Source: Thermoplasmatota archaeon (GTDB lineage: Archaea > Thermoplasmatota > E2 > JACPAO01 > JAHFTW01). From it: a stretch of DNA of 64,000 bases. Both the position numbers and the translations under genes were made by a program. Positions 19,035 through 29,119 of this stretch are shown here, one piece after another. The stretch spans positions 3,760-67,759 of the forward strand of contig JBMYRW010000002.1 in the NCBI GenBank assembly GCA_049602735.1, given 5' to 3'. The notes below the pieces were generated by a model that did no database searches, had not been told where the DNA came from, and was given only the letters and a program-made list of their open reading frames with translations. Position 1 is the first letter of the stretch; the number at the start of each line of letters is the position of its first letter.

Positions 19035-19094
19035 ACCCTGGAAGCCGGCGGTTTCAACATGGTGCTTTCGGAGCCGCCCGGAATCGCCACGATT

Positions 19095-19107
19095 TCTATA
19101 CTATAGA
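19095..19107. promoter_or_regulatory. perfect palindrome TCTATA-C-TATAGA in the divergent liv promoter
   Basis: AT-rich dyad 25-37 nt upstream of the livK ATG; AGGTGA SD-like sequence at 19121. Confidence 0.45.
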
Positions 19108-19131
19108 GACCTGGGCGCGCAGGTGAAACCC

Positions 19132-20271
19132 ATGCGTCTCCCCCGCTTCCCGACCGCGGCTTTCGTGGCCGTCCTGATGCTCAGCGTCGCCCTTGCCGGC
19201 TGCACCGGCTCCGACGACGGCGAAGACCCGGTCCACATGGGTGTCCTCATGCCGCTCACGGGTGTTGCTGCCACGCTGGGCGAACCGGCGTTCAAGGGCG
19301 CCGAACTGGCTGCCAAACAGATCAACGCCGCCGGCGGCGTGGACGGGCGTGAACTCATCCTCAACGTGGAGGACACGCAGTTCCCGGAGACGGAGGAGAC
19401 CCTGGCCGCCTACACGCGCCTGCAGGGCGACGGCATCCAGTTCATCGTGGGCGCCCTCGCCAGCGACTCCACGGCCGCCGTCAAGGAGCGCGCGGACACC
19501 GACAAGGTGGTCCTGATGAGCCCCAGCAGCACGCGCCCCAGCCTCAGCGGCGCCGGCCATGGCTACTTCTACCGCACGATCGCCAACGACGACGTGCAGG
19601 GACCCCAGGCGGCCGCGTTCGTCTACGAGGACCTGGACGCGGATGAGACCGTGGTCATGTTCCAGCAGACCGGCTACGCGGAGGGCCTCAAGGACGTCTT
19701 CGTGCCGGCCTACGAGGACCTGGGCGGCGACGTCACCGGCGACCCCATCAGCTGGACCGACGACGAGGCGAGCATGGCCAGCAAGGCCGCCGAGGCCGCC
19801 GCGCTTGCGCCCGAGTTCATCTGGATCTCCGGCCAGGCCCCTGAGATCGGGACGCTGATCAAGGAGCTGCGGGACGCTGGCTACTCCGGCGACATCATGA
19901 CCAGTGAAGCGGTCGAAGGTGACGACGTGTTCAACACGGGTGGCAGCGCCATCGACGGCGTCTACTTCACCAAGAGCAGCCCCGACCTGGCCTCCACGGC
20001 CTACCAGGACTTCCTGCTGGCCTACCAGGCCGAATACGGCACCGGCCCCGGCCCCTTCGACGTCTACGCGTTCGATGCGGTCTTCGTGGGCGCTGCCGCC
20101 ATCGAAGCGGTGGGCAACGACGGTGAGGCCATCAAGGAATGGTTGGACTCCAACAGCGTCAGTGGCCGCGTGAGCACCCCGACCATCTCGTTCCTCAACG
20201 GCGATGTCACCAGCGGTGGCTACACGCTCTGGCAGATCGACACGAGCGGCCGCGCCTTCGTGCCTGCCTGA
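19132..20271 (+). CDS. livK: branched-chain amino acid ABC substrate-binding lipoprotein
   Basis: ALAGC lipobox; GVLMPLTG, INAAGGVDG, VGALAS, YFYRT, YAFDAV. Confidence 0.9.
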   Translation: MRLPRFPTAAFVAVLMLSVALAGCTGSDDGEDPVHMGVLMPLTGVAATLGEPAFKGAELAAKQINAAGGVDGRELILNVEDTQFPETEETLAAYTRLQGDGIQFIVGALASDSTAAVKERADTDKVVLMSPSSTRPSLSGAGHGYFYRTIANDDVQGPQAAAFVYEDLDADETVVMFQQTGYAEGLKDVFVPAYEDLGGDVTGDPISWTDDEASMASKAAEAAALAPEFIWISGQAPEIGTLIKELRDAGYSGDIMTSEAVEGDDVFNTGGSAIDGVYFTKSSPDLASTAYQDFLLAYQAEYGTGPGPFDVYAFDAVFVGAAAIEAVGNDGEAIKEWLDSNSVSGRVSTPTISFLNGDVTSGGYTLWQIDTSGRAFVPA

Positions 20272-20322
20272 GCCGTCGGACCAGGGCAAGCGCCATAGAC
20301 CAAGAGGGGCCGTGGTGCCACC

Positions 20323-21156
20323 ATGAGCTTCCACGGCGCCCTCTTGGACCGCTACCGCAGCCTCGACCCGCTCGCCCAGGACCTCCTCGACGTGGCCCTG
20401 GTGCTGCTGGTAGGATGGGTCGTGGTGCGCGTCGTGGACCGTTACCTCGACGGGACCCTGCGCCGCGCCCGTAAGGTCGATGCCACCCTGCGGGCGTTCC
20501 TGGTGCGCGCCGCCCGGGCGGCCGCGTGGCTGATCGTCATCGTGGTGGCGCTGGGGGTCTGGGGCATCGATGCGGCAGCGCTGGCGGGCGGCCTGGCTGT
20601 CGGTGGCTTCGTGATCGGCTTCGCCGTCAAGGACGTCCTGGGCAACCTGGCCGCCGGCGTGACGCTGCTCCTGTACCGGCCGTTCCATGAGGGGGAGACG
20701 GTAGAGATCGCAGGCATCGCCGGTGACATCGCCGAGCTCGGATTGGCCATGACGACGCTGAAGACCGGCGACGGCCGCGTCGTGACGATCCCCAACGGCA
20801 AGGTGTTGGGGGACCGCATCATCAACCACACGCGCGAGCCGCGCCGCCGCGCCGACGTCTTGGTGGGCGTCGGGTACGGCGATGACCTGGACGTGGCCGT
20901 GCAGGCGATCTTGAAGGCTGTGCGGGAGGACCCGCGCGTGATGGCTGAACCGGCCCCGAGCGTCCGCTTCACGGACCTGGGCGACAACGCCGTGGGTCTT
21001 CAGGTGAGGCCGTGGGTGAAGACGGAGGACTTCTGGCAGGCCAAGGCGGATCTGCACGCGACGGTGAAACGTGCGTTGGAGGCGGCCGGCTGCTCGATCC
21101 CGTACCCCCAACGCGACGTCCACGTGCATCAGGTGGCGGCGGCGGGCATCGCATGA
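20323..21156 (+). CDS. mscS: small-conductance mechanosensitive channel
   Basis: 3 TM helices; [35 protein letters not shown]. Confidence 0.92.
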   Translation: MSFHGALLDRYRSLDPLAQDLLDVALVLLVGWVVVRVVDRYLDGTLRRARKVDATLRAFLVRAARAAAWLIVIVVALGVWGIDAAALAGGLAVGGFVIGFAVKDVLGNLAAGVTLLLYRPFHEGETVEIAGIAGDIAELGLAMTTLKTGDGRVVTIPNGKVLGDRIINHTREPRRRADVLVGVGYGDDLDVAVQAILKAVREDPRVMAEPAPSVRFTDLGDNAVGLQVRPWVKTEDFWQAKADLHATVKRALEAAGCSIPYPQRDVHVHQVAAAGIA

Positions 21157-21458
21157 CGCCAGCGGTCCACCTGCTGGTCACCGGCAAGGTCCAGGGCGTC
21201 TATTTCCGGGAGTCCACGAGGGCGGAGGCGGACCGGCTGGGCGTCTCGGGCTGGGTGCGCAACCTGACCGACGGCCGCGTCGAGGCGCTCCTTGCTGGCC
21301 CCGGGGAAGCTGTCGAGGCGCTTGTCGCCTGGTGCCATCATGGGCCCCCGGCGGCGCGCGTGGACGACCTGGCCCGTACCCCTTCGAGCGAAGCGCCGGA
21401 TGGCCCGTTCCAGGTGCGCCCGACGGCAGAGCGCCCACACCAGGGCCTCAACGCATAA
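21153..21458 (+). CDS. acyP: acylphosphatase
   Basis: [34 protein letters not shown] overlap with mscS. Confidence 0.92.
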   Translation: MTPAVHLLVTGKVQGVYFRESTRAEADRLGVSGWVRNLTDGRVEALLAGPGEAVEALVAWCHHGPPAARVDDLARTPSSEAPDGPFQVRPTAERPHQGLNA

Positions 21459-21484
21459 GAAGGGACTCGCACGCTCGTTGGCCT

Positions 21485-22759
21485 ATGCGAAAATGGATCG
21501 TGCTCCCACTCCTGTTGGCGAGCCTGGCCGGCTGCCTCGGCGGCGAAGAAGAGGCGCCCTCGCAGGAAGCCGCAGCTCCCGCCGGTGACACGCCGCTCCA
21601 TGTCCAGGAGCTCCTGCCCGCCTCTTCGGCAGCCGCGAACGACGCCGTGCTGCCCCTCTGGGACGCCCTGGCCAACGCCACCGACGGCGCCGCCGCTACG
21701 GTGACCGTCACCGGCGATCCCGCGTTCCTCCTGGCGGCCGACCCCCGCAACGGCATGACCGACTTCGAGTTGGAACTCGTGCCCAGCAGCCTGCTGACCA
21801 ACGAGACCTGGCTGGAAGTGGACGGCGTGCGCTACGACATGCCGGACATCCGCGTCTACGAAGGCCACGTGGTCGGCGACGAGACCGCCGCCGCCCGCCT
21901 CACCGTCACGCCGGAATGGGCCCGCGGCACCGTGCGCCTCGACGACGTGTCGTACCGCATCCGCGTCAACATGGACGGCAACTTCCCCATCGGCATGGAG
22001 CTGCGCGACGGCTACGAAGGCGGCGACGAGGCCGGCTACCACCCCGCCCTGGCCGCGCCCGCGCCGTTCACGTTCGACAAGGACGGCCAGATGCCCCACG
22101 ACTGCCTGAGCCCAGTCCCCGACACCGCCAGCCCGCAGATGAACGTCCTGGGCGCCAGCGGCAACGACGTGCTCACCGCGCGCATCATCCTCGACGCCGA
22201 CGCCCTGTACGCCCAGACGCTCGGCCACGACACGTTCCCCATGATGGTCGCCATGCTGGCCGAAGTGGACGCCATCTACGACCACCAGATGGCCCTGCGC
22301 TACCAGATCATGGGCCTCCACGTGCACACCACGCCGGACGCCATGAGCGCCCCCGCGGACGCGGCGCCGCTCGGCGACCTGTCGGAGTACTGGAACGCCC
22401 GCAGCGACCTGCGCGACATGGTCCACCTCTACACCGGTCACCCGTCCAGTTACGCCCAGGCCAACTGCATCGGCGGCGCCGGCATGCCCGACCTCGCCTA
22501 CACCTTCACGACGATCCACTGGGCCAGCGAATCCAGCGGCAAGATGCGCCACGAGCAGACCTACGCCCATGAACTGGGCCACATCCTCAACGCCCACCAC
22601 CATTACGGCAACCCCCTCGAAGGCGGCCTGTCGACGACGGTGATGCACCAGGGCGGCGAGAAGGTCCACCCGGTCTTCAGCTGGGCCTCCAAGAGCGTCA
22701 TCCGCGGCTGGGCCGAGACCCACCTGGGTCAGCACGACCCGGCGCCTGAATCGGCCTGA
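21485..22759 (+). CDS. lipoprotein zinc metalloprotease (M12/reprolysin-like)
   Basis: SLAGC lipobox; HELGHILNAHH zincin motif followed by Met-turn-like TVM. Confidence 0.85.
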   Translation: MRKWIVLPLLLASLAGCLGGEEEAPSQEAAAPAGDTPLHVQELLPASSAAANDAVLPLWDALANATDGAAATVTVTGDPAFLLAADPRNGMTDFELELVPSSLLTNETWLEVDGVRYDMPDIRVYEGHVVGDETAAARLTVTPEWARGTVRLDDVSYRIRVNMDGNFPIGMELRDGYEGGDEAGYHPALAAPAPFTFDKDGQMPHDCLSPVPDTASPQMNVLGASGNDVLTARIILDADALYAQTLGHDTFPMMVAMLAEVDAIYDHQMALRYQIMGLHVHTTPDAMSAPADAAPLGDLSEYWNARSDLRDMVHLYTGHPSSYAQANCIGGAGMPDLAYTFTTIHWASESSGKMRHEQTYAHELGHILNAHHHYGNPLEGGLSTTVMHQGGEKVHPVFSWASKSVIRGWAETHLGQHDPAPESA

Positions 22760-22821
22760 GTGTCGGCGGCGCACCGGGCGGTTGCCGCAACACCTTTGAC
22801 GGCCGGCAGGGACCCAGGCGC

Positions 22822-24183
22822 ATGCGCCTGGCCCCTGCCATGCTGACTCTTCTGCTCCTGCCCCTGGCCGGCTGCCTCGACATCGGTGACGATGCCGGCG
22901 GCGACGAAGCCGCAGCCCCCACGTCCGCCCTGCTCGACGATGCCCTGGCCCTCTGGGACAGCGGCGCCCCGGCGGCCAACATCAACCTGGTGGGCGAATG
23001 GCGCAACGGCGGCGGCGCGGAGATCGACGCCTGGGAGAACTACCTCTTCGTGGACCGCGGCTCCGCCGTCCACATCCTGGACGTCACCGACCCGGCCCGC
23101 CCCGAAGAGGTGAGCGTGGTGGACCTGGCGCCCGGCGTCCTGGACGTCAAGGTCTCGGACGATGGGAACTGGATGTTCATCGGCGAGGATGCCGAAGGCA
23201 GCACCGCCCTGGCCGGACCTGTGAACGACGCGGTCGCCGCGACCCCTGTGGGCGGTGGTCCGTTCACCGGCGGCTTCTACGTCATCGACATCAGCGACAA
23301 GGAGAACCCCACCTACGTCAGCGAGCTGCTCGTGGGCCCCCGCCGCGGCCCCCACATGGTCTTCTACCACCAACAGGCGGACGGCACGGAACTGGTACTG
23401 GGCGCCAACGCAGACGTGAGCATCAACCGCTTCGACCGCGACGCCGGCACCCTCACCGAGCTCTCCCGCTACAGCCCCGACCTGATCTTCGACTTCAACC
23501 GCGACCCCGAGGTCTTCGACGTGCTCTACCAGGGCTGGGCGCACGACATGTTCGTCATGGAGGACCCCGTGGACAACGCGACCCTGATGTACGTGGCCAA
23601 CTGGGACGCCGGCCTGCGCATCGTGGACCTCACCGACCCCGCCAGCCCCGTCGAAGTGGGCGGCTGGAACGCCTTCCCCGAAGGCCACGAAGGCAACCTG
23701 CACACCGTCGCCACCGACTGGGTGGGCGACCGCCGCATCACCATCGGCACCGTGGAAGTGGGCTTCGCCGTCGTCGGCGGCTACCACTACGCCATGGGCA
23801 CCGACCGCAGCATCCTCTACGTCTGGGACACCACCGACCCCGCGAACATCGAACTCCTGGGCACCTGGGAGAACCCCGACAAGGAGCCCGCCGGCCGCGA
23901 CTACGTCCCCGACGAAGAGATCACCAGCACCCACAACTTCCAGTTCGAGGACGGCCGCATCTACCTGGCCCACTACGGCCTCGGCGTCTGGGTCCTCGAC
24001 GTCTCCACTCCCGAGAACCAGGCCGACCCCAAGGTCCTGGGCTACTACCTGGAAGAGGGCCAGAACACCTGGGACGTCCTCATCCAACGCGGTGTCACCT
24101 GGACCAGCGGCGTCGAAGGCGTCCTCGGCCTCCACTTCATCACCGACGAGGTCGGGGTGGGTGGACTGAACGGACGAGCCTAG
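22822..24183 (+). CDS. LVIVD-repeat beta-propeller lipoprotein
   Basis: PLAGC lipobox; ILDVTDPARP, VIDISDKENP, LRIVDLTDPASP, VWDTTDP, VLDVSTP. Confidence 0.88.
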   Translation: MRLAPAMLTLLLLPLAGCLDIGDDAGGDEAAAPTSALLDDALALWDSGAPAANINLVGEWRNGGGAEIDAWENYLFVDRGSAVHILDVTDPARPEEVSVVDLAPGVLDVKVSDDGNWMFIGEDAEGSTALAGPVNDAVAATPVGGGPFTGGFYVIDISDKENPTYVSELLVGPRRGPHMVFYHQQADGTELVLGANADVSINRFDRDAGTLTELSRYSPDLIFDFNRDPEVFDVLYQGWAHDMFVMEDPVDNATLMYVANWDAGLRIVDLTDPASPVEVGGWNAFPEGHEGNLHTVATDWVGDRRITIGTVEVGFAVVGGYHYAMGTDRSILYVWDTTDPANIELLGTWENPDKEPAGRDYVPDEEITSTHNFQFEDGRIYLAHYGLGVWVLDVSTPENQADPKVLGYYLEEGQNTWDVLIQRGVTWTSGVEGVLGLHFITDEVGVGGLNGRA

Positions 24184-24236
24184 GCGCGCGGCACCGCCGT
24201 CACAACCTTCATCCCTGACGCGGCCGCGTCAACGCC

Positions 24237-25805
24237 ATGCGTCTGCTCGTCCCATCCCTTGCCCTTCTCCTCTTGGCGGCCCCTCTGGCTTCGGCCGGCT
24301 TCGGTGAAGGCGCCCTCCTGTTCGAGGAGCTCGTGGTGGAGGGGGCGGAGAACGTGGGGGAGCCGACGATCGGAATCCCGTGGAACACGGACAGCCTGTT
24401 CTTCCACGCCGGCGCGACGACGATCAAGGGCGTCTTCGCGGACGATGACTCGGTGACGTGGACGGACGTGACGCCGCCGTACCAGTTGCCCATCAACCTG
24501 GATCCCATGTTGGTGGCGGACGAGGACACGGGGCGCGTCTTGGCGGGCGGCCTCCTGGGGCCGTGCAGTCTCATGTACTACTCGGACGACGATGGCGTGA
24601 CGTGGCTGCCGGCGGGCAACATGTGCAGCGGCGCGCAGTTCGACCATCAGTCGATCGGCATCGGTCCGAAGCCCGGCGTCGGGAACCCCACCAACTCGCC
24701 GCAGCTCCAGAACGCCTACTACTGTGGGCAGTTGGGGCTCATCGGTTGCTCGGTGAGCTTCGACGGCGGTGTCACGTGGACAGCGCCGACGCCGGCGGTC
24801 GTGCAGTTCGTGGATCCTGGCGGCGACGACACGGCGGCGTGCGGTGGCTTCCATGGCCATTGGCGCATCAGCCGGGTGACCGGGACGGCCATGCTCCCCG
24901 TGCCGGCCTGCGCGTCCCGTCACGGGCTCCTGGTGGCCAACGCGGGCCTGGACGGCACGGAAGTGGCCGGTGTCACGGGTCTCCTGTTCGAGGGGCGCAC
25001 GGTCGCCGGCAGCCACGAATGGGACGGGGGCTTCGACAGCAGCATCGGCATCAGCCGCGGCGAGGGCTGGATCTACTATGGCCAGGCGGACTACATGGGG
25101 GCCCGCATCGGGCTCTCGAAGGACGAAGGGCTGAGCTGGGAGAGCCTCGGCGAGGGCGCCGACACGACGACGTGGCTCGACGTGGGCCAGTTCCATGACC
25201 CGCCCGTGGTCGCCGCGACGTTCGCGGACGTGCAGGCGGGCGACGACGACCGCGCGGCGTTCACGTTCCTGGGCCTGGAGGACCTGGACGGCGATGGCGC
25301 CGGGGACGAGTACGGTGACCTGTACGCCTGCGATGAGCCGGCGGACGGCGAGAACCGTTACTGGAACTACTACGCGGCCTTCACCTATGACGCCGGTAAC
25401 ACGTGGGAGGTCCAGCGGCTCACGGACCACCCGGTGCAGGTGGGCGGCATCTGGGACGGTGGCGGCGGCAACCCCTGCCGCAACCTCCTCGACTTCAATG
25501 ACATGGACATCGACTCCGAGGGCCGCGTCCACATCGGTTACGCCGACGGCTGCATCGCCGAGTGCTGGAAGGTCGAAGGCGGTGGCGACGACCGCTACGC
25601 GGTGGAGCCGCGGGTGCTGCGCCAGGTGGCCGGCAACGGGCTCTTTGCGGCCTTCGACGAGGCGCCGCCTGGTGGTGCATCCCAACCGGAGCCATCAGAG
25701 CCTCTTGAGGACGGCGACGATGGGGAAGAGTCCCCGGCGCCTGGCCTGCTCCTGGTGGCCGTCGGCCTGGTCGCCGCGGCGTTCGTCGCCCGACGTCGGG
25801 TCTAG
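24237..25805 (+). CDS. secreted BNR/Asp-box (sialidase-fold) protein with C-terminal PGF-CTERM-like anchor
   Basis: Asp-boxes SDDDGVTW, SFDGGVTW, SKDEGLSW, TYDAGNTW; C-terminus SPAPG, TM helix, RRR. Confidence 0.82.
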   Translation: MRLLVPSLALLLLAAPLASAGFGEGALLFEELVVEGAENVGEPTIGIPWNTDSLFFHAGATTIKGVFADDDSVTWTDVTPPYQLPINLDPMLVADEDTGRVLAGGLLGPCSLMYYSDDDGVTWLPAGNMCSGAQFDHQSIGIGPKPGVGNPTNSPQLQNAYYCGQLGLIGCSVSFDGGVTWTAPTPAVVQFVDPGGDDTAACGGFHGHWRISRVTGTAMLPVPACASRHGLLVANAGLDGTEVAGVTGLLFEGRTVAGSHEWDGGFDSSIGISRGEGWIYYGQADYMGARIGLSKDEGLSWESLGEGADTTTWLDVGQFHDPPVVAATFADVQAGDDDRAAFTFLGLEDLDGDGAGDEYGDLYACDEPADGENRYWNYYAAFTYDAGNTWEVQRLTDHPVQVGGIWDGGGGNPCRNLLDFNDMDIDSEGRVHIGYADGCIAECWKVEGGGDDRYAVEPRVLRQVAGNGLFAAFDEAPPGGASQPEPSEPLEDGDDGEESPAPGLLLVAVGLVAAAFVARRRV

Positions 25806-26305
25806 AGCGGCGAGGAGGCGACGGCAGCCGGCAACGGGAACCGCCCCTGGAGGCGAGGGTGGTCCACGATGAGTGTGGCCCCTGCAAGATCAGCGGCCGG
25901 CGGCAACGGGAACGCGAGGTAGATCACGGCGGTCGTGGCCTCGTCGGTCCCGTGGTCGCCGATGACCTGCGCCGGGACGCGGGTGCCCCCACATTCGAGG
26001 CTGAACGCCTGTTCGAGACCGGCGTAGAAGCCCAGTCGCGTCTTGATGTGGGCGGGGTCGGTCACTTCGACGCTGACGGTGCAGGTGGGGCGGTCCGGCC
26101 GGGGCGTCAGCTCGGCGTAGCCGGCCTTGATGGCGGCGCGGCTCTCGGGGTCCTCCTCCATCCACAGCATCTCGGCCACCTGGTGATCGATGGTGGTCTC
26201 GGACTCCCAGAGGAGGCTCACGTCGTCGGCGAGCGCCATCCGGCGGGGGGCCTTATGCTCCTGGATGAGGCGGTAGTGTTGGCGGCGCGCGGCGTCGACG
26301 GTCAT
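25802..26305 (-). CDS. DUF3501 family protein (rubrerythrin-associated)
   Basis: [18 protein letters not shown]...[25 protein letters not shown]; directly downstream of rubrerythrin. Confidence 0.75.
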   Translation of the reverse strand: MTVDAARRQHYRLIQEHKAPRRMALADDVSLLWESETTIDHQVAEMLWMEEDPESRAAIKAGYAELTPRPDRPTCTVSVEVTDPAHIKTRLGFYAGLEQAFSLECGGTRVPAQVIGDHGTDEATTAVIYLAFPLPPAADLAGATLIVDHPRLQGRFPLPAAVASSPL

Positions 26306-26321
26306 GGCTCCGCGTCCCTGT

Positions 26322-26762
26322 TCAGGCCGGGATGAGGCCGCTGGCCTCGCCGGTGAGGGCTTCCAGGGCCGATTCGAAGCGGCCGGCGTGGATCTTCTCC
26401 GCCTTCGCCATCACTTCGAACCATTCGGCGATCTCCGTGAAGCCTTCGTCGCGGGCGACGCGGGCGAAGCCGGGATACATCTCCGTGAACTCGTAGACCT
26501 CGCCGGCGATGGCGGCCTTCAGGTTCTTGGCGGTGTCTCCGATGGGCACGTCCGTGACGGGGTCGGTGTCGAGCCAGTCGAGGTGGCCAAACGCATGCTT
26601 GGTCTCGCCGTTGCTGATGCTCCGGAACAGCGAGGCGGCCTCCTCTTGGCCCTCCGTGTCGGCGCGTTCTGCGAAGTAGAGGTAGCGGCGGTTGGCCTGG
26701 GATTCGCCCGCGAAGGCGGCCTTCAGGTTGTCGAGCGTCTGGGTTCCTTGCAGGTCGGTCAT
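26322..26762 (-). CDS. rbr: rubrerythrin, short type without rubredoxin domain
   Basis: [45 protein letters not shown]. Confidence 0.93.
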   Translation of the reverse strand: MTDLQGTQTLDNLKAAFAGESQANRRYLYFAERADTEGQEEAASLFRSISNGETKHAFGHLDWLDTDPVTDVPIGDTAKNLKAAIAGEVYEFTEMYPGFARVARDEGFTEIAEWFEVMAKAEKIHAGRFESALEALTGEASGLIPA

Positions 26763-26772
26763 GGGGGTCTCC

Positions 26773-27255
26773 TTATTCGAGGTGGGCGCGCAGCATCCAG
26801 GCGGTCTTCTCCGACACGCTGCGCCGGTCGTCCAGAAGGGCGATCGTGGACTCGTCCGCGTGCTCTTCGGCCAGGGGGCGCACGTCGCGGATCGTCCGGA
26901 TGAGGGCTTCGTGGCCCGCGGCGAGGTCGGCGACCATGGCGTCCCAGGAGGGCACGCCGTCGGCCTCGGCGATGGTGGCGTGGGCGGCCAGGGCGCTGCC
27001 GGAGCCGGGGGCGGGGAAGCCGAGGCTGCGGATGCGTTCGGCCAGGTCGTCGTTGGCGATCCACAGTTCGTTGTACTGGGTCTCGAAGAGCGCGTGGAGT
27101 GCCTGGAAATGGGGGCCGGTGACGTTCCAGTGGTAGCCGTGGGTCTTGAGGTAGAGCGTGTAGCTGTCGGCCAGGACGCGGGTGAGGCCGTCGGCGATGG
27201 CGGCGCGGGCGTCTTCTGGGATGCCGATGTCGATGGCGGTCTTGGTCGGGCTCAT
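26773..27255 (-). CDS. dps: Dps DNA-protecting miniferritin
   Basis: LYLKTHGYHWNVTGPHFQALHALFE, DDLAERIR, EKTAWML. Confidence 0.95.
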   Translation of the reverse strand: MSPTKTAIDIGIPEDARAAIADGLTRVLADSYTLYLKTHGYHWNVTGPHFQALHALFETQYNELWIANDDLAERIRSLGFPAPGSGSALAAHATIAEADGVPSWDAMVADLAAGHEALIRTIRDVRPLAEEHADESTIALLDDRRSVSEKTAWMLRAHLE

Positions 27256-27623
27256 GGTCGTTCCTTCAGGGTTCCTTTGAGTTCGAGGGTGCAGTCGGCG
27301 GGGCCGTCGAAGTGCTCGGAGCAGACGGCGGCCAGTTCGGCCTGGAGGCCGGTGGGGAGCGGGAGGTCGATGAGGCGGTCGGTGGCCGTGTCGCGCAGAT
27401 GGAGGTGGGGTGTGGTGTTGTGGTCGTAGCGGGCGTGGCCGTCGACCTGCCAGAGGGCCACGTCGCCGTCGGAGACGAGGCGGCCGAGGTTGCGGTATAC
27501 GGTGGCCAGGCTGACGCGGGGCAGCTGGCCGCGCACGTGCGCGAAGACCTCATCGGCAGTGGGGTGGTCCAGTTCGTGGACCGCGGCGAGGACCGCCTTG
27601 GACTGCCGGCTATTGGCTGCCAT
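27252..27623 (-). CDS. Fur/PerR family transcriptional regulator
   Basis: HPTADEVF, SLATVYRNL, RYD, HLH; no CxxC pairs; ATGA overlap with dps. Confidence 0.88.
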   Translation of the reverse strand: MAANSRQSKAVLAAVHELDHPTADEVFAHVRGQLPRVSLATVYRNLGRLVSDGDVALWQVDGHARYDHNTTPHLHLRDTATDRLIDLPLPTGLQAELAAVCSEHFDGPADCTLELKGTLKERP

Positions 27624-27630
27624 CAATCAG

Positions 27631-27651
27631 AAGTAGTAACTGTTCCTACTT
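27631..27651. promoter_or_regulatory. 10-1-10 inverted repeat, candidate Fur/PerR operator
   Basis: AAGTAGTAAC-T-GTTCCTACTT (9/10 arm positions pair), 7 nt upstream of the regulator ATG. Confidence 0.6.
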
Positions 27652-27733
27652 AGTGGTTGGGCCCAGGGCTGCCGCGCCGGGAGCCGCCCCTGTCGACCGT
27701 GCGTTTTTCAAACGCACCTTGGTCGCGCGGCCC

Positions 27734-28186
27734 ATGGCAGTCGAAACCACCTTCGTCATGATCAAGCCGGACGCCGTGCGCCGCGGACTCGTGGGCCAGA
27801 TCGTCGCCCGCTTCGAGGCCAAGGGCCTCAAGATCAAGGCCATGCGCCTGGAAGCCCCTGACGCCGACGTCGTCGCCAAGCACTACGAAGTCCACAAGGA
27901 GCGCCCCTTCTACAAGGCCCTCGTGGACTACATCATGGCCGGCCCCGTCGTCCCCATGATGGTCGAAGGCGAGAGCGCCATCAGCGTCAGCCGCGCCCTG
28001 ATGGGTGCCACCAACCCCGTCGAGGGCAAGCCGGGCGAGATCCGCTTCGACTTCGGCCAGACCATCGGCCGCAACATCATCCACGGCAGCGACGCCCCCG
28101 AGACCGCCGAGTTCGAGCTGGGCCTCTGGTTCCCCAACGGTGGCGCCGACTACGAGACCACCAGCGAAGGCTGGCTCTTCGAATAG
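27734..28186 (+). CDS. ndk: nucleoside diphosphate kinase
   Basis: TFVMIKPDAV, HYEVHKERPFY, GATNP, RNIIHGSD. Confidence 0.97.
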   Translation: MAVETTFVMIKPDAVRRGLVGQIVARFEAKGLKIKAMRLEAPDADVVAKHYEVHKERPFYKALVDYIMAGPVVPMMVEGESAISVSRALMGATNPVEGKPGEIRFDFGQTIGRNIIHGSDAPETAEFELGLWFPNGGADYETTSEGWLFE

Positions 28187-28240
28187 GCCAATGTGCGTGC
28201 CAAAAGGACGATTAACCGAGGGCGCAATAGTGGAGTTGGC

Positions 28241-28483
28241 ATGGCGCAGTTGATGTCTCCCCGACAGATCGACCCTTCGGTGCTCCTTGAGTTTATCAGG
28301 CGCATGGGATACGACGTTGATGGTGAGTATATTACCAAAGAGGGTGGTCCCTACCACGATCCATGCACGGGCCTTCCCGTGAAATTCAACAAAATGATTA
28401 TCCTACAAGGTAGTGCGATTATTTTGGATGACAATCCAGTCAGCTTGGATTGGTACATGGACGAGTATCCGGGAACCCTTTAA
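28241..28483 (+). CDS. small hypothetical protein in AT-rich islet
   Basis: 80 aa; GGAG upstream; its TAA abuts the next ATG. Confidence 0.55.
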   Translation: MAQLMSPRQIDPSVLLEFIRRMGYDVDGEYITKEGGPYHDPCTGLPVKFNKMIILQGSAIILDDNPVSLDWYMDEYPGTL

Positions 28484-29119
28484 ATGGGCGTCCGCCCAGC
28501 GGACATCGAAAGGGATGCCAAGGCGCTAGAGAAGCTTTGGCTAAGCAAGGACCTCCAGCTCGTACCAGATTCGAACGTTACGCCGCTGAAAAATGCCAGA
28601 GCCTCCCCAGAATTACGGCGTTTGAAAGAATATACGGTTGACGGCCAAGAACTACGCTGGCTTCGCATGGGGCTTGTAATGCGTGGCAAGCACGCCGATC
28701 TGGAGTACATAAATGAAATTAAAAGGGCACTTAGGCGTACGCAAGGCGACCCTGCTGTTTACGTAGCTCAGGCTGTTCAGTGCGGGGCGTTGGCTGAGGT
28801 TGTAACCTGGGCCGAAGCTACTTACGTTGCAGCTCAGGCAAGAATCGCGGTTAGAAAATTCATTGACCAAATCGAAACCACGACAGTATTTGTTGACATG
28901 GATGACGACTCTGATTATGTAGGGAATTTGGTCCTTTCAAGATTGAGGGTTAATTCACCAGATTGCTTCTTGCTTGCAGCAAGCGGAAGGGCGGTTTCCA
29001 TAGCTAAGAACGCCATGGGTGTGGTTGGTGCGCCCTTCGGGTATTCGATGAAAATCATAGACGAAGGAAATGTCTTCACTACACTGTTCACTCGAAAATT
29101 TATTGGCATGGAAGACTAA
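28484..29119 (+). CDS. hypothetical protein in AT-rich islet
   Basis: 211-aa open frame in AT-rich DNA, where long chance ORFs are unlikely; no recognisable motif. Confidence 0.65.
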   Translation: MGVRPADIERDAKALEKLWLSKDLQLVPDSNVTPLKNARASPELRRLKEYTVDGQELRWLRMGLVMRGKHADLEYINEIKRALRRTQGDPAVYVAQAVQCGALAEVVTWAEATYVAAQARIAVRKFIDQIETTTVFVDMDDDSDYVGNLVLSRLRVNSPDCFLLAASGRAVSIAKNAMGVVGAPFGYSMKIIDEGNVFTTLFTRKFIGMED

